Positions 1-12,611 are shown, counted from the whole stretch's first letter. The stretch is 63,991 nt of DNA, filler included, from Blastocystis sp. subtype 4 (GCF_000743755.1; 23 parts of 23 records of this genome joined end to end with filler, not necessarily neighbours in it), one strand, 5' to 3'. Notes: generated by a model from the letters alone, not told the origin. Numbers and translations are program-made.

Positions 1-451
1 ATTACCACGATCATACTGTTGCTCCTTGAAACTGAACTCCTGAAGAGAACGCAACTTCTCGATGTTGTCACGAGCGTCGTCAATCATACGAGGAGATCCG
101 TTTCGGATCAAGTGATCGATCAAATTCAATGCCTCACTCTCACGTCCATCTAATACCACATACCTTGAAAATGATCTTCCAATACTTGGGTTGGGAAGCC
201 AGAGCCTTGAAAATAGCTTCCTTGATCACCTGGTAATCAGCACTAGATATCAGAAACCCTCAACCCACAGAATACTCATTGTAGGAAGCCTGAGCAATAT
301 CGCTCAACATCGTTCCAGAAGCACCCCAGTTCTCATTCGAAAGAGCCTGATCCAGAGTCTTCTCCAGCTCCGTCTTCTTACTAACCCATAAGACTCTTAA
401 TACATTCATTGCTTACGCTACAAGTCCCTTAGCCTGATTCAGAAAGTTCAT
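1..451 (-). CDS. ENTH-domain protein (epsin/epsinR-like), 5' part, three ~30-nt introns
   Basis: Manual splice gives MNFLNQAKGLVA..KTELEKTLDQALSNENWGASGTMLSDIAQASYN..ADYQVIKEAIFKALASQPKYWKIIFK-ALNLIDHLIRNGSPRMIDDARDNIEKLRSLQEFSF..DRG, which matches the ENTH consensus. Runs off the window start. Confidence 0.88.
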
Positions 452-876
452 CCTCGAAATAGATTAATATCGATAGGAGCGTTTGTACTGGAAAACAATA
501 CCACGGTGAAACACCAATGACAGAATATACCTACAAAAACACTAATATAAGAATTCTATCGTGGATCCAGAATTTTCAATCTTGAACAACCCTATGTGCT
601 GAAAAAAGAATGCAGACGAAAGAATAAACACCATGGAAGATTGCATAGTGATCATTGTTGAAATGAAGCAATACGTGACTCTGAAGCAACACATTCGTTC
701 ACTATCCTGTTCTAGTGAAAGAATTTCTCGAATTGTGGAAACAAACAACTGTTGTTGGCTCATTGATTCCCTACCAGTGAAGGGTCATATTTAAATCATT
801 AACTTCTTCACTTCATTTGCTCAATGTATCTTCTGAATGAACAAACAATGCTGATGTGTAGTGCATTTAGTATACC

Positions 877-2108
877 ATGTCTGGAAGTGTAATATTTCCA
901 TCTGTAAAGAAGGCTGCAACATATGGTAGAGTCTAAGCGTGATTTGTTACGGATATAGTTGTTGCCCCTTTAACTGCTGAAGCTGATAACTCGTGTGGAA
1001 AAAAGGTTCGACTTTCCATCGTTGAAGAGGATGAGACCACAGAGAGAAGAGATAGTGTGATGGCTCCTGTTCCTCGTCTTTCAGAGAGTAGAGATATGAA
1101 CATGGGGTCATGCGATAGACCAAAGACAGAGTTTGCGTCGAAGAAGCTCCGCTATTCGAGAATCAGATGTTCAAAGACGTAGCTCCGTAAGAGAATATCC
1201 AACACTATCAAATTGATATGTTAACTTAATTGGAATGTCTTCAACGATTAATCGTCTGTCTCTCAAACATCCGGATGTCATTACTCCTGATGAGGCTCTT
1301 TTAAGTACATCCGTCCTCGATGAATCCAATATTATCGATGAAGAGGAAATGGAGGAGGATTCCGAGTATATCGATCCGTGGGTGTATTTCGACACATTCA
1401 TTCCTAGTTTCCTTCTAATGAAAGAAGTTCCTCGTTACTCCCTAATTCCTAAATATAGACTGAAGCATGATCTGTTACCACCCAAATCACCGGATGTTCC
1501 CTCGCACACACTTATTCTTGATTTGGATGAGACTCTTGTTCATTGTTATCTTGACAAACCAGAGAAATACGATATCTCTTTTCAAATTGAGGAAGAAGAA
1601 TCATACATTGTTTATCTTTGTTTTCGTCCTTATGTATTTCATTTCTTGGAGACAATGAGCAAGTATTATGAATTGGTTGTGTTTTCGGCTGGAATCAAAC
1701 CGTATGTGAAAACAATCTGCAATTTGTTCAATCACGAAAAAAGATTGATTCAGTATATGTGAATATGCGAATTGATATCTAGATACAGTTTGTGTCGTGA
1801 TGATTGCGTTTTGGTTGGAAATGGAATGTATATTAAGGACTTGGGTGCTCTGAATCGTGATTTAGTAGGACTAGGATAGTAGCGTCACATGTAGGCTACA
1901 ACCGTTATTCTTGATAATTCGCCATACACCTTTGCTTACCATGTTGATAATGGAGCTCCAATCGATTCATGGTATTGTGACAAAAATGATAAGAAATTGT
2001 ATCAGTACCTTCCTCTTCTAAAGTTGCTTTCGAGGGAAGATGATGTTCGTGTATCGCTACGGAGCGTGTTCAATATTCAGGGGATCTTAGATTCGTATGA
2101 TGACTTCT
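877..2108 (+). CDS. SCP/CTDSPL-type (FCP1/NIF domain) HAD phosphatase, intron-containing
   Basis: Motifs LILDLDETLVH, RPYV..FL..MS..YELVVFSAG, YIKDL..LNRDL and VILDNSP..F. Start is approximate. End placed at the predicted poly(A) site (in-frame genomic TGA a few codons later). Confidence 0.88.
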
Positions 2109-2205
2109 ATTGTGTTTGTTGACATTCGATGAGTCTTATCATTAAAACAAACAACAAAAGAATTGTTGTGTCAATCTGTGTAAGTTCTGCAACCCACAGG
2201 CATCC

Positions 2206-2667
2206 TTACAAACGGCCTCCAGCACCAGGGAGAGGAGCAACCTGTTCCTCCACCTTCACTCCTTCTTCCTTTCTCACAACCTCACTGTGCTGTTCCATCA
2301 GCTTCGCCATATCCAACTTAGGAGCTTTCAGCATCTTCACCTTACGAATCATGGTATTCTCCAGAGGGAAGATTCTCACACACTCCTTCTGAATACGGGC
2401 TCCAATAGTCTCGTTACACAGCTTCGAAACCAACTCAGCCAAAGAACACTTTGTCACCTCCTCAGTGATGATCTCCACCATCTTAGCACGGATCTGGTGC
2501 ACCTGAGAAGACTGAGCATAACAAGTCTTCTTGTTCTGGTTCTCCTGCTTACGAGTGAACGCAATACAGAACATACGAAGCTTGTAACCATCATTCGTAG
2601 ACACCTCCACATTGCACTCAATCAAAGTCTTCCACTTCTTGATCAGAGAACACAGCTTATCACGAGT
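2206..2667 (-). CDS. RPS3A: 40S ribosomal protein eS1 (S3a), 3' part
   Basis: LIKKWKTLIECNVEVSTNDGYKLRMFCIAFTRKQENQNKKTCYAQSSQ..IFPLENTMIRKVKMLKAPK. Truncated by the linker. Confidence 0.96.
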   Translation of the reverse strand, partial: TRDKLCSLIKKWKTLIECNVEVSTNDGYKLRMFCIAFTRKQENQNKKTCYAQSSQVHQIRAKMVEIITEEVTKCSLAELVSKLCNETIGARIQKECVRIFPLENTMIRKVKMLKAPKLDMAKLMEQHSEVVRKEEGVKVEEQVAPLPGAGGRL

Positions 2668-2767
2668 NNNNNNNNNNNNNNNNNNNNNNNNNNNNNNNNN
2701 NNNNNNNNNNNTTAATTAATTAANNNNNNNNNNNNNNNNNNNNNNNNNNNNNNNNNNNNNNNNNNNN
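2668..2767. other. Artificial contig-joining linker (N-run TTAATTAATTAA N-run), first of ~23
   Basis: The same ~100-nt spacer, with stops in all six frames, recurs near 5449, 8785, 11568, 15728, 18479, 21172, 23860, 26537, 29213, 31888, 34562, 37234, 40467, 43122, 45790, 48433, 51072, 53704, 56329, 59040 and 61662. Synteny across linkers is meaningless. Confidence 0.98.
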
Positions 2768-3689
2768 TTATTCATTTATCTTCGTTCTTTGGCTCCTGAT
2801 TTTGACTCTCGAAGTTGTTATTGACCAACCTGAGTATTCTAGTACCTGGACCTTCATTCCTCGTGCTCGTCCTTGATTCTTCATTCTTATGTCTTCGTTC
2901 TGGATCTCCGACTTCTAACCATTGCTTCATGTTGTATTACTCATAAATGGTTCCTTGTTGTCCTTGAGCCTTACTCAGTCATATTGACTCATTTTCATGC
3001 TGGCCCATTATGTGGTATTGCCAAATGGTTCACGTCATTCGTCCTTTGCCCTCGGACCATAGTTTCTTGGAGCCTTGATTCGGTGTATTGGATTCGCTCA
3101 TAGTACTTAGTTCTTGATCCTTTGTTAGTTGGTTATGGTCTTGGGATCTTGAACCTTGGTTCTATGGGTCTCGCTCTTTGGTTCTGGTTTCTGCTCATGG
3201 CTCATTGTTCTTGGCCCTTGAGTCTTGGTTCATTGGTTCTTGGATTTTGACTCTGGGTTCTTGAATATTGAGTATAGGTAAGTGGTAATGGTTCTTGGCT
3301 CTTTGGCGAGTGGTGGTGATACTGATATTGGTATTGGTATCAGTATCGGTGTTGGGTTCCTGTTATCATAGGATCGGTTCTCGATCCTCAATATGGATTT
3401 TGGGTCGTTTTGTTTATATGGATTGTTTTGGGAGTTTTTATACAGGAGTTTTCTGTCTTCGGGCTTTTCTCCTATAGTTTCCTCCCTTTATCAGCAAGTT
3501 TTGTTTACCGACCCTTTTGCCTTTCTCCTTGAGTTCACCTTTTTCATTCCATGGTCTCATGGAGTGTGCTTTTTGTTTTTTGGTTATGTTTTTTAGTTAT
3601 TATCTGGTTTTACTTGAGGAGTTTTTGTGCGGTGAAATTACCGTCAGTTGCTTGTTGGTAGTAAACAACAGGGATTCAGGATATCTTGT

Positions 3690-4070
3690 GTAGTAGTTGT
3701 TCTTTATTTTCCTGAGGGGCTTCATGATCTTATCAGGCTCTATTCTGGATTCCTTGAGTTTACTATCATGTAAGAACTCTGTTCTCTTGTGATTGAAATG
3801 GTGTTCATCGACTATCTCAAACTAGACTATGTGGTACGGTATGGGAAGAATGTCTATTTGAGATAATGTCACCCGATGATGATTGTTATTAAGGGTGACA
3901 ATGATACTATTCTTCATTGAATGGTATCACCCTAATCTCTGTGATAGCTAGTGGTTGGGTTCATGAATGTCAAGCAATCGCTGGAGATTAGTATTACTCG
4001 GCAACTAGTCCGAGGCCTGAATGGCGTGGACGTAAAGTGCCCTCTAGGGCATCTAAGTAGTGTTTATAGT
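3690..4070 (+). repeat. Unclassified dispersed repeat, copy 1 (degenerate ORF plus invariant palindromic end)
   Basis: Alignable to 54035-54453. The last 36 nt are identical between copies and include TGCCCTCTAGGGCA. Confidence 0.75.
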
Positions 4071-4199
4071 TCTTTTTGGTTTGATGAAACAAAGAATGAT
4101 TATAGATATCGACTCTTATTACGAATATAACTTGCTAAACCATCTGCATCTAATTGTTTTCACATTCATTCATTCTCACTTGTTGATACAACACTCCTT

Positions 4200-5448
4200 G
4201 TATTGTAGAAAGGATAACCGTATAAGTCTATGTTGTTTGAATTCAAAAGAGGGATATCTCCAATTCAATTCATTTCAATCAAATACTATCCAATATCACA
4301 TTATCCATACCATTGAAGTTGTTCCAGTAACCATATAGATAAGATAATGAAGGTAAATCTGATCATCAATTCAATCAATCCACTACTCTTCATTATCAGA
4401 CTAGTTTCATTACTTTTAGATGATCCCCATAAAGCTGCTTCATCCAATCTAATAGATTTGAGTTTAGGAAGATCTATCTCATCAACAATTGTATATTATC
4501 ACTCTCTATAACAGTTGAAGAAGGATGAGCTAATGAACGGTAACCAATATACACACTTTCGAGTTCATTCAATCCACTTAGCTTCACTTGATCCACATTT
4601 ATAAAACCCCGTCCAATCTCAAGAGTCTTGAGATTCTTGTATCGACATAAATCAAATGATATCATCCATAGTGTGTCCCAACAACTATCATAATTAATCT
4701 TGAGATTCTTCACTTTCCAACTCCACCAATTTGGAATATGTTCCCATTCCCAACAATTATGAATCACCACATCACTGTTGAAAGCAATTCGAATACCCAT
4801 ATATGCATAACCCCCTCTCTTGTAGAATAGGAGTGATAGAATCACAATCATTGTCATCCAACACAACAAACCACCCATGAATCGTAAACACTTTGGTTTA
4901 CTCTTCCACCAATCCTTTCTTGCTTGACTTTTATACATTCTCTTAATACCCTTCTTCTTCTTTCCACTCTCGAAGTCAATCACTATCTTTCCATCTTTCA
5001 AATATCCATTTTTCCATTCACCCTTATAAGTTTCAACTCCTTTCGAATTCATCAATACACCATTTCCATTTGGATATCCATACTTCCATTCTCCCTTGTA
5101 ACATACAAAACCATTCTTGATAGATACTCCATTTCCATGATAGTATCCATTTACAAATTCACCACTATACACCATATCACTTCCACTACCACCATATTCC
5201 TTCCCTTCTCCATTTCTCATATACCCATGTTCATAATCACCTTTGTATCCTCCTTCATATACTTTGTTTCCATCACAATCATATTCTATCATCATATCTC
5301 CTTTCAACTCTCTCAATACTCGTTTCATTATTCCCTTCTCATATTCACTTTCTCTCACTACTCTTCCTTCTTCAAACTCATAACACATTCCATTCTTCTC
5401 TCCTTTCTTATATCTACCTATACTTATTACATCTCCACTATATGTTGT
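4200..5448 (-). CDS. MORN-repeat / TM / LRR-like family protein, 3' part
   Basis: YEGGYKGDY..GY.RNGEGKEY and YKGEWK.G repeats, hydrophobic segment FMGGLLCWMTMIVILSLLF, then LKTLEIG..LNELESVYIG repeats. Near-identical to 33970-34561. Confidence 0.8.
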
Positions 5449-5548
5449 NNNNNNNNNNNNNNNNNNNNNNNNNNNNNNNNNNNNNNNNNNNNTTAATTAA
5501 TTAANNNNNNNNNNNNNNNNNNNNNNNNNNNNNNNNNNNNNNNNNNNN

Positions 5549-6306
5549 TGTCTATTCGATTGAATCAGGTGAATTGCCTCCTGGTTTGACTCTGGATTCA
5601 GTGAATGGAATGATTTATGGATCTCCTTCTCAATCAATCACAGATCAAAATGTGGTGATCAAAGCAGAGAATGCAGTGAGTAATCAAACCTTCCCTCTCT
5701 CCTTCACAACTCGTATTCTCCCAACAGTACTTCACTATTCTCAGAATGTGTATTACACACCAATCAACAGTCTCTTCTCGATTAGTCCTGAATGTGATGG
5801 TGATTATATCCAGTATTCTCTCATTGATGGTACTCTTCCTTCTGCAGGTGTGATTGAAGGATCTCCAGTCAATTCTACTGAGATTATGGTAGTGAGTGTG
5901 AATGGTAGGAATGAAGTGGGATGAGTTGAGGTTGTGATTTCGATTTGTGTTGGTATTGGTTTGTGTCTGTTCGAGTATCCGAAGTCTTCATACAGACTGG
6001 TTCGAGGAAAGTCATTTACAGTGATTCCGAGTGTTGAGGGAGATGCTCCTCGATTCCGTATGACTTCAAGTGTTCTTCGAGATGGTATAGAAGTGAATGA
6101 GATGACAGGAGAGATTTGAGGTATTCCAAGTAGCTTAGGAGATGGTATTGATGTGAGTATTAAAGTATGGAATGAAGTGGGATCTGAAGAGACAACCTTG
6201 ACTGTTGTTGTGAAGAGATTGAGAATGTTGGGGATAGTATTGATGATTATTGGTGGTGTAATCCTATTCTGTTTTGTAGTTTTGGTTATGGGTAGAATGG
6301 TTTGAA
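5549..6306 (+). pseudogene. Ig-like (He_PIG-type) repeat surface protein, 3' part with in-frame stops
   Basis: LPPGLTLDSVNGMIYGSP and ..NEVG repeats interrupted by TGA at ~5922 and ~6117, followed by a TM segment. Confidence 0.7.
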
Positions 6307-6649
6307 TGAAGATAAGAAGTCACGAGGGATGGTTGAAAACACTGGAGAGAAAACAGTATCAGAAGATTTGAAGATGTTTCACAATCATTCATCTGAGAAC
6401 CTGTTTGTTGAGAAATGCAACTAGAGAATATGAATGAGTTGATGGAACATGGAAGAGAATGAATGTAATGGTTGATAGATAATATGAAGGATTGTATCGA
6501 TTGAGTGTAATGAGATAGTAGAATGGTTCATACATTCATAAACGATAGAGATGATTCCAGAGATTACTATCATTTGTGGTATCCAAATCAAACTTGATGA
6601 TTAGAATAAGGAAGTCAGTCGAATTCTAGTGTTCAAAGTGTGTTAATTG

Positions 6650-7830
<1,181 letters not shown>

Positions 7831-8509
7831 AATGGATTGTTTGTTTTGATAATGAAGAATGAGATTTCATTGAGAATGATGAATATTCTCTTTGATTAGT
7901 GTACTGGATAGATTATTGAATCATGATGGATTGTACAATGGGATTGAAGAATGTGTGCACATTGAGTCATTGAACATTAGTGCAGTTCGTATGAGTGGTT
8001 TGTATTCTGTTCAGTTTGATATGTGTGAGATTGTGATGCTGGGTAGTGAGAATTATGTCTGACATCTGCATCCGAATTAGTAACCCAATTCTTCTGTTAG
8101 CAGTACCATCTAACTAGTGTTCATCCATTAGTATCTACACTATCTCATACTGATGCATTACATCAAGTCATTCATTCTTCTGTCTTATAACAGTCAGTGA
8201 GAGAAGGGAGAAGTGTTAATGATTCTCTCCCAACATGATAGCCTTAGGCTTCTTAGTAAGTGAATATGAAGTACTACCAAGATCAGGATCATATGAACAG
8301 ATAGCGATAGAAAGAGATGATTGGGTGACTTACATTATTGATTTGATCAATATTCATTTTTGAAGTATGTTAGATAGTTAATCTGGAGTTGTGAGATACA
8401 CTCTGTTATTCTAGATTTGTATCATCAACACTAGTTATTCAGTATCTGCCATAACTGATTAGAAACAAAGAGTTNAAATGACAGATTCCAGATAGAATAC
8501 AATAATCAT

Positions 8510-8784
8510 ACTGATACAGAAGAGGGTTTGGAAGATTGACCTGAATCAATAAGGGCAATCATTGATTGTTTTGATGCTAATATGATATTAGACATTTTGA
8601 CCTCAGATAGGTCTGGAGATGGAATCGATATAGAATTCCTTATAACTGTTATTTCATCCTTAGACTTCTTTGGTAGAGTATGTTTCTTCTTCTTTGATAG
8701 AATGATGAAAATGATGATGATTAGAATAATGAGAATGATAAGAATAGAAAGAGAGATGAGAATGATAGTGAGAGTGGATAGAGC
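8510..8784 (-). CDS. TM anchor and basic cytoplasmic tail of a surface protein (3' fragment)
   Basis: Minus frame reads ALSTLTIILISLSILIILIILIIIIFIILSKKKKHTLPKKSKDE..., probably the end of an Ig-repeat gene. Confidence 0.55.
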
Positions 8785-8884
8785 NNNNNNNNNNNNNNNN
8801 NNNNNNNNNNNNNNNNNNNNNNNNNNNNTTAATTAATTAANNNNNNNNNNNNNNNNNNNNNNNNNNNNNNNNNNNNNNNNNNNN

Positions 8885-9345
8885 TGAGTGGATGTGATAT
8901 TGTGTATTTTGGCATCTGCAAGAAGAGATAATCGAGTGATATAACTGTTGTTAGGGAGTTGAATATCATTATTGAAATTGATTATAGTATGTGGATTGTT
9001 AATAGGAATGGTGATGTTTGTGATATTGATGAGATTGAGTTGAATGATATCTTTGTACAATGTGAAGACAACGAATACAGTAGTAGCTCGAAATGATTCA
9101 GGACCAAAGAATATCGTTGTTGAAGCAGGATACTATGATCAAGAATCATTAGAAGAGATGTTTGATTCATATCTCACATTCACAGAAGATGGATATGTAC
9201 ATCCTTCTGGTCCTGCTTATGATCTAGTGTTTCAACAAGCACCTGATTTGCGTCGAATATTGGGATTTGAGATTCAAGCAGATGGTGTGAAAGGAAGAGA
9301 ACTAGTAGATGTATCAAATGGATTGAACTGTATTCGAATCTACAG
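8885..9345. mobile_element. Two head-to-head fragments of penton/minor-capsid-like ORFs
   Basis: Plus strand: LYNVKTTNT..IVVEAGYYDQESLEEMF..FQQAPDLRRILGF..ELVDVSNGLNCIRIY. Minus strand: INFNNDIQLPNNSYITRLSLLADAKIHNITS. Shares the GYY..L and F.QAPD(I/L) motifs with the TIR-linked ORF family. Confidence 0.55.
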
Positions 9346-9346
9346 G

Positions 9347-9805
9347 AATTCATGGTCGCATCCAACATAATAGTCAGCATGCTCAGATAAACATGTGTTT
9401 CTACACCAATCGACATCGTGTGAAGTGGATGATTCTCTGTGATATTGATGAGTATGTGTACAGTATGACATATCCCTTCAATCTTCAATTGGCTGTCAAC
9501 TACTATGATCAATTGGGTATTATTGCCTTTATTGTAAGTATTGATTTCTTTCTTTGATTTAGATTCCATCTCAATTCCATGTAGATGAGAATCTCACAAC
9601 TCCAAATCGTAATGAATAGTTCTCAAATGGAACTCAGTTTGAAGCATATCCTTATCGATTATCTATCAATGAAACAGGAAGAACGAAGATAGCTGTTAAG
9701 GATAGTTTCAGTGGTCTTCTTCGAAATCATGATATTATTCATTCTCAGAATACAACAATGGCTTCTGAAGATGTGATTTGAATTGCTCATTTCAGGCGAT
9801 GTAAA
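9347..9805 (+). pseudogene. GT92/DUF23-like glycosyltransferase fragment
   Basis: QHAQINMCFYTNRHRVKWMILCDIDEYVYS (DxD motif) ... GRTKIAV..HD..IAHF, with stops. Confidence 0.55.
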
Positions 9806-10607
9806 GTCAGTGGACATCCTGTTTACAACAACTATTCATTTATCTTTACAAAGCCACTTCAGATGGTAATTCCACTTCTTCATTGAATGCTATTCATACT
9901 CTCTTATAATGGATAGTATACTGTTTCTTTGTTTACTTGATATACATCAACACTAGACGATTTGTTGTATTATCACTCCTCAGAGTATAATGAATAGCTT
10001 ATGATTAGAACTGTCCAATACTATTCAGAGACTTATAAGCATTTTATTGGATCAACAGTTGTGATTAATCATTAGTCAATGATTTCTAACACTCTCACAT
10101 CATCATTCATTATTTCAATCTAGCTAGTCGATTCGAGTATTCATTCCACCAAGATGGTTTTTTCCTTCTTAATAACTCCAAACAGTCTGTTTGCTGTTTG
10201 ACCTAATCCAAATCCTAATACAGTACTCTGATTGAGTTTTCTGATTGAACCAATATCAGTTGCGATTAATGATTCTTCATATTGAAGACTATTTCTGAAC
10301 AGGAATAGAGAATGAATATTTGAGACTACTATGAAACAGAAGAACAGTCATTGTTGTTTTAAAACCTGTTTGATTGCAGATGATGAGATATCAGATGATA
10401 AACTATGTGAATAGCCATTAGCGATAATATGCATTTTGTTTGCATGCAATTCCTTAGAAACGAAATGAATAGTCCTTCTGAAACTAATTGCTTCAAGATT
10501 TTAAGTTATTATAATACTGGAAATGGATAAAGAGAATTACAAATTAGTATCTCAGAAACACAATTAGAATAAACTAATAAGGGTTAAGTCATAAAATAAT
10601 CCATTCT

Positions 10608-11120
10608 ATGAATTACCATTTTGACTGTAATTGTGAGAGGCCTCATTGTGTCTGTATTGTCAGCGTCTCTAATCAGGATGAGGACAAACTGAAAGTGTGC
10701 ATGGACTTTGAAGATGGTGCAAGAATGAGAATCGATGATATTGAGAGAAGAGAGAAGAGATTTGTCGTTCATTCATTGTTGCTTCACTGTGGTCTTAAAG
10801 AAGCTATTGAGAAGTGTGATAATGACATAAATGGAGGTGAAAAAAGAGGACAATCTCTTAAGAAGAAAGTGAATACTCTTGATGTTCCTACTGGAGAACC
10901 AGGAGAGAGAAGCTATTGTTTGACTTATGACTCCAAGATTACTACAATGGATGCTATCATGAAGATCTGCAAAATGATCGATGAATTCTTCGAGAATGAG
11001 ATTTCAACAGCAGTTTCCAAGACAATGGTGTTTACTTGTTGTCAAACTAAGAGCGATATTTTGGTTCTCAATGCTGCCAACGAAGTCATTAAGGAACAGT
11101 ATTATGTTGACCTTAAGTGA
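10608..11120 (+). CDS. Hypothetical protein, 170 aa, Cys-rich, intronless
   Basis: Clean ORF with ATG and stop, followed by TGTTTGTT at ~11164. Confidence 0.6.
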   Translation: MNYHFDCNCERPHCVCIVSVSNQDEDKLKVCMDFEDGARMRIDDIERREKRFVVHSLLLHCGLKEAIEKCDNDINGGEKRGQSLKKKVNTLDVPTGEPGERSYCLTYDSKITTMDAIMKICKMIDEFFENEISTAVSKTMVFTCCQTKSDILVLNAANEVIKEQYYVDLK

Positions 11121-11353
11121 GAATGTAGTCTTCTGAATGAATATGATGAAATCATTCAGATATTGTTTGTTGTTGATACTGATTCTATAGCAAACAAGTG
11201 CTCTATAACTCTCTTTGTAGCCACATCGATATCGGCGATTGATAGCGTAACACTAAACGATAACACACAGTCAAATACTGTCTTAAGGAGGATTGAAAGT
11301 GATATGAGGATAAGAATGTGTTGTTGAAAAGGATTAGTGAAAGAAATGAAAAC

Positions 11354-11469
11354 AAGAACGGTCATATCTAGTGGAAAGCGCCCTAACCCGTCTGATCTAG
11401 GAAGCTAAGTCATTACAAGTTGAGTTAGTACCAGTGTGTTTAACCCGCTGAGAAGTCTCAATGCTGTTC
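11354..11469 (+). rRNA. 5S rRNA variant / probable pseudogene
   Basis: Matches 43971-44089 except GGGG is replaced by TTA in the box C region, one G>A change, and no oligo-T terminator. Confidence 0.8.
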
Positions 11470-11667
11470 AGCTCCTGTTGAATAGTATGCGATTCTTGTC
11501 ATTGTTCCTATCAGTGATTTGGGTACATAGTTCTTTCGACTTGAATTCCGATAGTTGTAAGTGCTTCNNNNNNNNNNNNNNNNNNNNNNNNNNNNNNNNN
11601 NNNNNNNNNNNTTAATTAATTAANNNNNNNNNNNNNNNNNNNNNNNNNNNNNNNNNNNNNNNNNNNN

Positions 11668-12456
11668 CCTTCATAACAGCATCAACAATCTCTCCAATGG
11701 TAGTCTTAGGATTCTGTTCAAGATAAGCAAGATATGAGTTATCCCAAAGTCCAGCAAGACAGGTATTAAGAGACTTTCCAGCGACTTTATCATCAGGAGG
11801 ACAATTACTCATCAAGGCGTCATGATGCTCATCAGCAGAAGTCATTACATAGATATTCCAGTCATCAGGAAGTTCAAGGAACATAGAACCAGAATGACAA
11901 GCCTCCATGAACCAAACCCATTTGCCATACAACTTTCATGAGCAGTCTTAAGAGCAGCAAGCAGTTGTCTATCATGGACGAGACCATCACCAACGCAAAT
12001 GATACCATCATCACCGTGATCAATGAAATAAGTGAATACAGTATCTTCAGGACCAGCAGCAAGAACCTTAGGATTCTCCTTTCCAGTCTTAGCTGTTACA
12101 GTTTCAGCATCTCCAGAGAGAATAGCAAGGAATACAGAAGGAGTAATCTCCTTATCAGTGTAATCAACATGCTCAAAACAACCATACTTAGCCCAATCAC
12201 CATCAGTAGTCTCAGCAGGATCAGTGAAGATCATTCCCTTGAAAGGATTACGGTTAGAAGTAACATCAGTAGTGTAGGTCATATAGATGATATTTTCAGG
12301 CTTGATTCCAGCCTTAATCAAATCATCATAAGTACGGCAAGGATCAGAAGTAATAGAGTAGTTACCCCAACCATCAGCTCCACCAAAGACCATAGCATAC
12401 TTCTCAGCAGCAGCAATAGCTGCAATGAGAGCAAGAATCATGAAAGAAGTTCTCAT
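11668..12456 (-). CDS. Legumain-like C13 cysteine peptidase, tandem copy 2 (1-nt frameshift at ~11935, 3' truncated)
   Basis: Near-identical to 12612-13895. Has FIDHG and MEACHSGSMF. The frameshift lies in an A-run. Confidence 0.9.
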
Positions 12457-12611
12457 ATTTGCTTACTAATATTATCTGGTCAATTTGTGTTTTGCGGAAA
12501 ACCGCAAAATATGGACAATAATTGGCTTTTGATAAAACACAATTACGAAACACAACCGAAATATCAACTCGTTCTAGAACTCTCAAAACAAACAATAAAC
12601 CAATTCATGAT

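Noticed and set aside
2712..2723. Regularly spaced TTAATTAATTAA palindromes as a CRISPR-like or biological repeat
   Set aside because: Always embedded in fixed-length N runs, so it is a six-frame-stop concatenation linker.
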